From Archangium sp. (GTDB lineage Bacteria > Myxococcota > Myxococcia > Myxococcales > Myxococcaceae), in contig JANLPS010000348.1 in the NCBI GenBank assembly GCA_031367385.1, positions 1 through 32,045 of the forward strand: a DNA stretch of 32,045 nucleotides, in the 5' to 3' direction. Below, piece after piece: positions 1 through 7,008 of the stretch. Position numbers and translations under genes: made by a program. Every line of letters begins with the position of its first letter. Position 1 is the first letter of the stretch. The notes below the pieces were generated by a model that was given only the letters and a program-made list of their open reading frames with translations, ran no database searches and was not told where the DNA came from.

Positions 1-192
1 GGCGCCGATCGAGGCGGGCTGAAGCGAGGAGACATTCTCATTCAGCTCGGCCCGCACGCGATAGGCAGCGTGGAGGATTTGATGTTCGTGCTGATGCAGG
101 CGAAGCCGGGTGAGACGGTGAAGGCCGGGGTGTTGCGCGAGGGCAAGCCACTGGTGCTCGAGGTCACGTTTCAGGAGGGCCGGCGGCACTGA
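1..192 (+). CDS. 3' end of a gene with a C-terminal PDZ domain (possibly M28 aminopeptidase or HtrA type); 5'-truncated by the window
   Basis: Frame 1 reads GADRGGLKRGDILIQLGPHAIGSVEDLMFVLMQAKPGETVKAGVLREGKPLVLEVTFQEGRRH*. This fits the PDZ pattern A..gGl..GD.I...........l....kpG..v...v.R.G. Not in the ORF track. Confidence 0.75.
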   Translation, partial: GADRGGLKRGDILIQLGPHAIGSVEDLMFVLMQAKPGETVKAGVLREGKPLVLEVTFQEGRRH

Positions 193-285
193 GGGTGGGG
201 GGGGGGTCGGGGGTCGGTCGTGTGCGCTCGTCGCGTGCAGCGCCTTGGCTCGAGCGGGAGAATGTCCTGATGGGGGCCTCCTCCG

Positions 286-333
286 GGCGGGTGGCGTGAG
301 GTCGACAACCTTGTTTACCATTTTCGGTGCGAC
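286..333. repeat. Left copy of an imperfect inverted repeat flanking the MarR gene; palindromic core GTCGACAA-CC-TTGTTTAC
   Basis: 302-320 TCGACAACCTTGTTTACCA versus the reverse complement of 861-879, TCGACAACTCTGTTTACCA (17/19 identical). Weaker similarity extends on both sides. Confidence 0.75.
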
Positions 334-366
334 CACTTGTCAGACCTCTCTGGCAAAGACCGATGC

Positions 367-858
367 ATGGCTCGAAAACAACGGTTCGCGACATCACCGA
401 AAGGGCAGCTGCTCTTCGCGCTCATTCGAGTCGGTGGAAATCTGCAGCAGCATCTCGAGGCATTGCTCGAACCGTTGGGCATCACGCCGCTCGAGCTGCA
501 GGTGATGCGGGTCATTGGGCTCAATGAATGGCCAAGCATTGCGTCAGTGGCAAGAAACGTGGGTGTCAGCAAACAAGCAATCCAGAAGCCGCTTCGCGCA
601 CTCCGCGAAGCCGGGCTCCTCGAGTTGGGAGCCTCGCAACTCGATCGACGACACAGCCAGCTTCGACTGACGGTCTGCGGCGAGGAGCGACTCGGAGAGG
701 CGCTTGCCCGGCTTGATGAAGCAGAGCTCCGTTTCACCAGAGGCCGCCTCGACGAGTCGTTTCGGCTCGACACCTGGCTCGAAGACGGGTTCTGGGAGCT
801 TCGACCCGACCTCAAACCGCCCAGCCTCCGCGTGCTGCTTCGGCGCGCGTTGAACTGA
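367..858 (+). CDS. MarR-family winged-helix transcriptional regulator
   Basis: LEPLGITPLELQVMRVI...SIASVARNVGVSKQAIQKPLRALREAGLL....QLDRRHSQLRLTVCG is a MarR wHTH with the DxR wing motif. ATG at 367 chosen over TTG 337. Confidence 0.85.
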   Translation: MARKQRFATSPKGQLLFALIRVGGNLQQHLEALLEPLGITPLELQVMRVIGLNEWPSIASVARNVGVSKQAIQKPLRALREAGLLELGASQLDRRHSQLRLTVCGEERLGEALARLDEAELRFTRGRLDESFRLDTWLEDGFWELRPDLKPPSLRVLLRRALN

Positions 859-894
859 AGTGGTAAACAGAGTTGTCGATCCGGGCCTCCCGCC
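849..894. repeat. Right copy of the inverted repeat flanking the MarR gene (overlaps its stop codon)
   Basis: GTTGAACTGAAGTGGTAAACAGAGTTGTCGATCCGGGCCTCCCGCC; its reverse complement aligns with 286-333. Confidence 0.75.
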
Positions 895-1017
895 AAGTCA
901 CCCTCCCCGCCCCTTTGACACCCTGGGTGTGAGGCGAAGGGGCTCGTCACCTTCGGCAGTGCGTGCGGCGAACCCATCAAACCAGCCCGCCCCCAAGCAA
1001 ATGGTACACTGCCGCCC

Positions 1018-2007
1018 ATGCCCACGACGGTGCTCGACATCGACGGCACGCGCTTCTCGCACCTGCTCGGCTTCTTCGGCGAGGTCGAACGCCTGCTGAA
1101 ACTCCCCCCGAACTGGGGCCGAAGCTTCGAAGCCCTCGACCGGGTCTGGGCCAACAAAGGCGGAGTCCAACTGCGTTGGCACCAAGCCGCCCACTCGATG
1201 ACGACCCTGGGCCCGCACTTCGCGACCATCGTGCGACACCTGCGAACCGCGCCCGGCGTCACGCTCGAATTCTGGGTCGACCGCGAGACCTTCCGCGAGT
1301 CCCTTCTCCGCATCATGGACCGCAAGTCGCACCCAGCCTGGCCCGCCTTCACCTCGGGCCGGGTGCCCAAAGACAAGCTCCACCTGCACCTCGAGCAAGA
1401 GTACGCGGTCTTCGTGCGCGACTTCCCCATCTTGGTGGGGCGCGCGTTCATTCAATGCCCGATCGCCGAAGTACGCCGCGAATTGGCCGAGAACCTCTAC
1501 GAAGAAGAGACCGGAGGCCTGCACGCCGGCCGCCCGCACCCCGAGCTCTTTCTCGAGTACCCGAAAGGCCTGGGCTTCGACGTGAAGCGCTTCGAGCACG
1601 TCGAGCTGATGCCCGCAGCGAAGGCCTACCGCCAAGTGCTCGACGAGGCGACCACCGGCCAAGGCTGGGCCGTCGCGGCCTCCGTCGTGACCCTCTTCGT
1701 CGAAGGCACCTCGCACGAGCGAGCCCTCTTCGACACCTCGAGCCCGCCCAGGCCCGAGCCCGCGCTCGAAGAGCACCCGCTGGTCAAACACTACGGCCTG
1801 CCGGTCGCCTCGCTGTCACTGACCCGAGCGCACCGCGGAGTCGAAGGCGAGCACCGCCTCGCCGCGTGGAGAATGATGCTCGATCACGTCGAGCCGAACG
1901 AACGAGTGCCAGTGCTCCTCGCGATGGACGACGCGCTGACTGCGTGGCACGCCTATCGCGATGAAATGGCCGAGGTCTGCGGAGTCGGCGTCGCCCGCGC
2001 TCCGTAA
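1018..2007 (+). CDS. Fusion protein: N-terminal barstar-like domain plus TenA/PqqC/CADD-like (heme-oxygenase-like) diiron oxidoreductase
   Basis: The N-terminus VLDIDGTRF...FFGEVERLLKLPPNWGRSFEALDRVW...VQLRWHQA is barstar-like. The C-terminus has ENLYEEETG...HPELF, FVEG and AHRGVEGEH, a CADD-type E/H/E/H/E/H ligand pattern. Confidence 0.75.
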   Translation: MPTTVLDIDGTRFSHLLGFFGEVERLLKLPPNWGRSFEALDRVWANKGGVQLRWHQAAHSMTTLGPHFATIVRHLRTAPGVTLEFWVDRETFRESLLRIMDRKSHPAWPAFTSGRVPKDKLHLHLEQEYAVFVRDFPILVGRAFIQCPIAEVRRELAENLYEEETGGLHAGRPHPELFLEYPKGLGFDVKRFEHVELMPAAKAYRQVLDEATTGQGWAVAASVVTLFVEGTSHERALFDTSSPPRPEPALEEHPLVKHYGLPVASLSLTRAHRGVEGEHRLAAWRMMLDHVEPNERVPVLLAMDDALTAWHAYRDEMAEVCGVGVARAP

Positions 2008-2029
2008 ACCCAATAAGGTCGCAAGCAGT

Positions 2030-2299
2030 ATGCCCACCTCAGCCAAGCGTCGCTTCAGCGCAACGGTGCTCAGCGGCCACAAAGGCAACGCCATCGAAGT
2101 GCCCTTCGACCCCACGAGCCAGTGGGTTCTCACACCGACCTCGCTGCGGCCCGGCCGCAAGGGGCACCGGGTCGTCGGCACCCTTGATGGCGAGCGCTTC
2201 GAGAGCGAAATCGTCGCGCGCGCGAAGAAGCACTGGCTGCTGATCAACGCTCCAGAGGGCGAGACGGTCACCGTGGTGATCGAGCCCGCGCCGCCGTGA
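2030..2299 (+). CDS. Small DUF1905-like beta-barrel protein
   Basis: RFSATVLSGHKGNAIEVPFDP...VVGTLDGERFESEIV...HWLLI...GETVTVVIEP. ATG at 2030; the stop overlaps the next start (GTGA). Confidence 0.6.
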   Translation: MPTSAKRRFSATVLSGHKGNAIEVPFDPTSQWVLTPTSLRPGRKGHRVVGTLDGERFESEIVARAKKHWLLINAPEGETVTVVIEPAPP

Positions 2300-3657
2300 G
2301 CCCCTTCGAACGCCTCGCCTCAGCCGACGCCTGGAGCCGCCAGCCCAGCACTTACGAGCGCCTCGGCCACCGGGTCTGGGCCGAGGGCACCATGCCCTGG
2401 CGAGTCACCACCTGCCCGTGGACGGCGAACTTCGAGGCTGACCTCATCTGCGCCTTCGAGATCGAGGCCCGGCGACTCGGGTGGCTCGGCGAGCGCGAGC
2501 CCCTCACCGTGTGGGACGTCGGCGCCGGCACTGGCCGCCTCACCTTTCACCTCGCCCGAAAGCTCGCGAGCCGCGGCGCGAACGTCAGGTTCTTGATGAC
2601 CGATGTGGCGCGAAGCAACGTCGAGGCCTGGCAGCAACAGCCCCAGCTGCGAGCGCTGATCGACGCAGGCACGGCCCACACCGGCGTGATGAACGTGCTC
2701 ACCGACGAGGCCCCCCGCACCCTCGAAACCAGTCAGCGCATCGAGGTCGGCCCCGCGGTGGTGTTGGCCCACTACCTCTTCGACAGCCTGCCCCACTCCG
2801 CCTGGCGCAACGACGGCGCAGGGCTGCAAGAGGGCTGGGTCTCCGAGCGCCCTGATGGCACCTTCGACTGGCAATGGCGGGCCGCTACCACCAAGGCCCC
2901 CCACGCCGTCACCCCAGCCCCTCACCTCTTCCCCGATGGCGCGGTCACCGCGATCGACCGCTTCACCCGCCTCACGGAGGGCAGATTCGCACTGCTGGCC
3001 ATCGACAAAGGCGCCAATGATCGCCCGACCCTGGCCCGGCACGAGACCATCTCCGCCGGAGTCAACTTCGAGGCGCTCGCCGCGGCCACCCCTTCACTGC
3101 ACTGGCTCGATTCGGTGCAGTCCTCGACGCTCCAGCTCGCGGCCGCGATCCCTCCGGCGCTGCGCGACTCGACGCTGACCCGCCTGTGGAGAGCGCCGAA
3201 CATCGTGCAGCTGCTCGAGCGCCTGGTCGCCTTGCGAGATCACGGCGGGAGCATTGATCAGGTGCTCGAGCTCCAACGCCGGCTGCACCACGACCCTGAC
3301 ACGCTGGTGCAATTGGCGCCGCTGATACGCCAGCAGCTCCCCTCGGCCTCGCTTGCCCAGGTCGAGGCCCTCGTCGCCAGCATCGCGCGCGCGGCAGATC
3401 GCCACTTCACCTTGCGTCAGCAGCTCGAGGTGCCCTTCGAGCTTGCCACCCTCGCCCACGCGTGCGGCGCGCTCCGCCTGGCTGAGCCGCTGTACCTGGC
3501 CGCGATCTCCGAGTCGGGAGAAACCGCCGCCTCGCTCTACAACCTCGCGCTGCTGCTGCGCACGACCGATCGCCTGCCCGAGGCCCGCGTACTGCTCGCG
3601 CGAGTCATCGAGCTCGACCCGGCGCATGAGCGAGCCCGAGCGCTGCACGAGGGCTAA
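2296..3657 (+). CDS. Class I SAM-dependent methyltransferase-like protein (MidA/NDUFAF7-like) with C-terminal TPR
   Basis: Motif I VWDVGAGTGRL, acidic motif II LMTDVA, and VLAHYLFDSLP (compare ANE/Y.FDxLP). TPR-like SLYNLALLL...EARVLLARVIELDPAHERAR. Confidence 0.7.
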   Translation: MSPFERLASADAWSRQPSTYERLGHRVWAEGTMPWRVTTCPWTANFEADLICAFEIEARRLGWLGEREPLTVWDVGAGTGRLTFHLARKLASRGANVRFLMTDVARSNVEAWQQQPQLRALIDAGTAHTGVMNVLTDEAPRTLETSQRIEVGPAVVLAHYLFDSLPHSAWRNDGAGLQEGWVSERPDGTFDWQWRAATTKAPHAVTPAPHLFPDGAVTAIDRFTRLTEGRFALLAIDKGANDRPTLARHETISAGVNFEALAAATPSLHWLDSVQSSTLQLAAAIPPALRDSTLTRLWRAPNIVQLLERLVALRDHGGSIDQVLELQRRLHHDPDTLVQLAPLIRQQLPSASLAQVEALVASIARAADRHFTLRQQLEVPFELATLAHACGALRLAEPLYLAAISESGETAASLYNLALLLRTTDRLPEARVLLARVIELDPAHERARALHEG

Positions 3658-3664
3658 CGCCCCT

Positions 3665-5083
3665 TCAATCGGGGTCAGCGGGCTCGACTTCAGGCGAGGG
3701 CAATACGGGCCCAAGCACCCTTCGATACAGGTCGAAGAACCGCCGTTCACTCTCGCTCCCAGTGCCACCTGACGTGGGCTGGCATTCACAGCTCACCCGG
3801 CTGGTGCGCAGGTCTTGCACGAACCCGCACACGCCAGGGCACTCGAGCAAGCCGCCTTCTTCGAAGAGCCCCAACTTCGCCTCGGTCGCCTGAGCCAGCG
3901 CGGCCGCGCACACCGGCATCGTCTGCGCCAACCGCCGCCAAGGGAAAACGTGCTGTGCGCTGCGCCCGCGGTCGCCTTCGCTGAAGCTCACGCCAATGCG
4001 ACACGGCAGCGTCGCGGGCCCGGTCACATCGAAATACAACCGCCCCCCGTGCTCGAGCGGCTGCCAGGCCGTCGCCACGGTGTTGAGCCCGTCACCCGTC
4101 TTCTCAGCGTGCAGCTCGAAGCACTCCGTCTCCGACGCGCCGTGACCTCGGTCACACACATGGTGCGTGCCCGTGCTCACCAGGGTCGGTTGCCGCAGCG
4201 CCAGAATACCCGCGCGAAGGTCGTACGTGACATCGAACCGCCCCCACACATCGACCGCCAGGGAGCCCGCAACTCCATGAGGCGCCTGGCCGGCCATCAC
4301 GTCCAACGTGCCGGCGCTCACCCCGAACCCCGGCGCCAGCTCGAGCCGCTCATAAGGCAAACCGCTGAACGCCTCGAGCTCGGTCGGCACCGTCGTCACC
4401 CCATGCCCCCGCAGCAGCTCGAGCCCGGGCAGCAGCCCTTGCGCCCGCGCCGCTTCGTCGAAGATTCGGCTGAACCGATCTCTCGTCGAGAGCACGAAGG
4501 TCGCGGTCAACGTCTCAGGCTCTTGGTGCACCCGCACCGGCAACAGCGGCCAATCGTGCGTCGGGTCTCGGGTCAGCTCGAGCACCTGCACAGCGCTGCC
4601 GGGCCTTCGCTGCGAAAGCCACTCGGCCCGAGGCCGGCTCGGTAAGAACGCCACCCTTCGCGTGGCCACGCTCACCTGCAGCGCGACGTCTGAAAGCACA
4701 TCGAGCCCGAGCACCACCACGCACCGCGCGTTGCCCATCAGCGCCACCGACCGTGGCCGCAGCAGCACCGAGCCCACCCGCAGCCCCGTCACCCGCGCGA
4801 CCGGGTACACCTCTTCTTTCGCGGTCAGCGGGTCTGCAAACCGCAATTGGCCGCTTTCAAGCGCCGGGTCATTGACACAGCCGGTCGAAACGAAGGTCAT
4901 CGAGGCCGTGGCGTCGAACTCAATCTCGGCCGGCCGCCCCTCGACCGCGCCGGCAATCGCCAGTCGTATCGATGGGTTTGGCAACAGGGGCGCCGATGAG
5001 CCCACCAGCGTCGCCGCCTCGGGTCGAGCCACCACGCCGGCACACCCCGTCGCCCACAGCAGCAGCCATACGCGTCTATTCAT
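3665..5083 (-). CDS. Exported, probably lipidated protein with two degenerate retropepsin-like (aspartyl protease) domains and a Cys-rich C-terminus
   Basis: MNRRVWLLLWATGC lipobox-like signal. AVEGRPAEIEFDATASMTFV...VVLGLDVLS is a retropepsin pattern, and a second copy reads LPVRV...ATFVLSTRDRFS...GSLAVDVWGRFDVTYDL. Confidence 0.6.
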   Translation of the reverse strand: MNRRVWLLLWATGCAGVVARPEAATLVGSSAPLLPNPSIRLAIAGAVEGRPAEIEFDATASMTFVSTGCVNDPALESGQLRFADPLTAKEEVYPVARVTGLRVGSVLLRPRSVALMGNARCVVVLGLDVLSDVALQVSVATRRVAFLPSRPRAEWLSQRRPGSAVQVLELTRDPTHDWPLLPVRVHQEPETLTATFVLSTRDRFSRIFDEAARAQGLLPGLELLRGHGVTTVPTELEAFSGLPYERLELAPGFGVSAGTLDVMAGQAPHGVAGSLAVDVWGRFDVTYDLRAGILALRQPTLVSTGTHHVCDRGHGASETECFELHAEKTGDGLNTVATAWQPLEHGGRLYFDVTGPATLPCRIGVSFSEGDRGRSAQHVFPWRRLAQTMPVCAAALAQATEAKLGLFEEGGLLECPGVCGFVQDLRTSRVSCECQPTSGGTGSESERRFFDLYRRVLGPVLPSPEVEPADPD

Positions 5084-5213
5084 TCCGCTCCTCGCCGTCT
5101 AACGCACTGCACCAACCTGAGACGCACTCATGCATTCGATGAGGCCAATGCACTTGCTTGGTGAAGGCTCCCAATGCCAAGTATCGCGCCTCATTTCGAG
5201 GAGCCCTCGCATT

Positions 5214-6983
5214 ATGCCAACTTTCACCACTTCTCTGACGTCAAACAAAGCCCTGATCGACTGGGTCGGCCAGATGGTCGCGATGTGCACGCCTGATCAG
5301 GTCGTGTGGTGCGACGGGTCAGAAGACGAGCGCAAACGCCTGACCGAGTTCGCGGTGAGCAAGGGCATCTTGATGCCGCTCAACCAAGAGAAGCACCCCA
5401 ACAGCTATCTGCACCGCAGCAACCCCAACGACGTCGCGCGCGTCGAGCACCTCACCTTCATCTGCACGCCGAAGAAAGACGACGCCGGCCCCACCAACAA
5501 CTGGATGGCGCCCGACGAAGCGTACGCCAAGCTGCGCACGCTCTTCGAAGGCTCGATGAAGGGCCGCACCATGTACGTCGTGCCGTACGTGATGGGCCCC
5601 TTAGGCTCTGAGCACTCGAAGATCGGCATCGAGCTGACCGACAGCGTCTACGTCGCGCTGAACATGGGCATCATGACCCGCATGGGCAAACCGGCGCTCG
5701 ACTTCTTGGGCTCGGGCAACGACTTCAACCGCGGGCTTCACTGCACCGGCGACCTGAGCCCCGACCGCCGCTTCATTTGCCACTTTCCCCAAGACAACGC
5801 GATCTGGTCGTTCGGCTCGGGCTACGGCGGCAACGCGTTGCTCGGCAAGAAGTGCCTGGCCCTGCGCATCGGCAGCGCGCTCGGCAAGAAAGAGGGTTGG
5901 CTCGCCGAGCACATGCTGATTCTCGGCGTCGAAGACCCCGACGGGCAGACCACCTACGTCGCGGCCGCTTTTCCCAGCGCGTGCGGCAAGACCAACTTCG
6001 CGATGATGATCCCTCCCAAGCGCTTCAACGGGTGGAAGGTGTACACCGTGGGCGACGACATCGCCTGGCTGCGCGTGGGCACCGACGGCCGCTTGTGGGC
6101 GATCAACCCCGAGAACGGGTACTTCGGCGTCGCGCCCGGTACCAACTGGCAGAGCAACCCCAACGCGATGCAGACGATTTCGAAGAACACCATCTTCACC
6201 AACGTCGCGGTGACCAAAGACAACTGCGTCTGGTGGGAGGGCATGGACGGCGAGGTGCCCGACGAGCTCACCGACTGGAAGGGCCAGAGCTGGAAGAAGG
6301 GCAGCGCCGAGAAGGCCGCGCACCCGAACTCGCGCTTCACCGCTCCGGCCTCGAACAACCCCATGCTCTCAGCGCACGTCAACGACCCGCGCGGAGTGCC
6401 CATCTCGGCCATCATCTTCGGCGGCCGCCGCAGCAACACGGTGCCCTTGGTGATGCAGTCGTTCAACTGGGGCCACGGCGTGTACCTGGGCGCGACGCTG
6501 GCGTCTGAGACCACAGCCGCGGCCACTGGCGCGCAGGGCGTGGTGCGCCGCGACCCGATGGCGATGCTGCCCTTCGCTGGGTACAACATGGCCGACTACT
6601 TCACGCACTGGCTCGACATGCAGCGGCACATTCCCTACCCGCCGAAGATCTTCATGGTGAACTGGTTTCGCAAGAGCAAAGACGGCAAGTATTTGTGGCC
6701 GGGCTACGGCGAGAACATGCGAGTGCTCAAGTGGGTGCTCGACCGCGCGCACGGCAAGGTTGGCGCGCAAGAATCGCTCTTCGGCTGGGTGCCCAAGCAA
6801 GGCCACATCGACCTCTCGGGCCTCGACATCGACCCGCTCACCGTCGACGAAGCCACCCACATCAACGAAGCGGAGTGGAAGGAAGAGCTCGGCGCGCAGA
6901 AGGCATTCTTCGATCAATTCGGAGAGCGCATGCCCAAGTCGCTGGAGCTGACCCGCCAGCAGCTGCTCTCGCGGCTCGGCTGA
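5214..6983 (+). CDS. pckG: Phosphoenolpyruvate carboxykinase (GTP)
   Basis: Signature motifs NDVARVE, SFGSGYGGNALLGKKC, GWLAEHMLI, AAFPSACGKTN, VGDDIAW, AAHPNSRF, RRDPMAMLPF and WPGYGENMRVL. RBS GAGGAG at 5198-5203. Confidence 0.97.
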   Translation: MPTFTTSLTSNKALIDWVGQMVAMCTPDQVVWCDGSEDERKRLTEFAVSKGILMPLNQEKHPNSYLHRSNPNDVARVEHLTFICTPKKDDAGPTNNWMAPDEAYAKLRTLFEGSMKGRTMYVVPYVMGPLGSEHSKIGIELTDSVYVALNMGIMTRMGKPALDFLGSGNDFNRGLHCTGDLSPDRRFICHFPQDNAIWSFGSGYGGNALLGKKCLALRIGSALGKKEGWLAEHMLILGVEDPDGQTTYVAAAFPSACGKTNFAMMIPPKRFNGWKVYTVGDDIAWLRVGTDGRLWAINPENGYFGVAPGTNWQSNPNAMQTISKNTIFTNVAVTKDNCVWWEGMDGEVPDELTDWKGQSWKKGSAEKAAHPNSRFTAPASNNPMLSAHVNDPRGVPISAIIFGGRRSNTVPLVMQSFNWGHGVYLGATLASETTAAATGAQGVVRRDPMAMLPFAGYNMADYFTHWLDMQRHIPYPPKIFMVNWFRKSKDGKYLWPGYGENMRVLKWVLDRAHGKVGAQESLFGWVPKQGHIDLSGLDIDPLTVDEATHINEAEWKEELGAQKAFFDQFGERMPKSLELTRQQLLSRLG

Positions 6984-6984
6984 A

Positions 6985-7008
6985 AGCCCGCACTTCGGTT
7001 CGTGGGCT
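6985..7008 (+). terminator. Hairpin after pckG (UUCG loop), possible terminator or stabiliser
   Basis: AGCCCGCAC-TTCG-GTTCGTGGGCT forms an imperfect stem with no strong U-tract. Confidence 0.35.

Noticed and set aside
286..894. Autonomous IS element
   Set aside because: The enclosed ORF is a MarR wHTH with no DDE, HUH or recombinase motifs, and no target duplication is seen. It is kept only as a repeat-flanked cassette hypothesis.
315..1964. Long alternative-frame ORFs (315-1451, 898-1791, 963-1964) and similar shadows elsewhere
   Set aside because: They are expected in high-GC DNA, are Arg/Pro-rich without domain motifs, and overlap better-supported genes.
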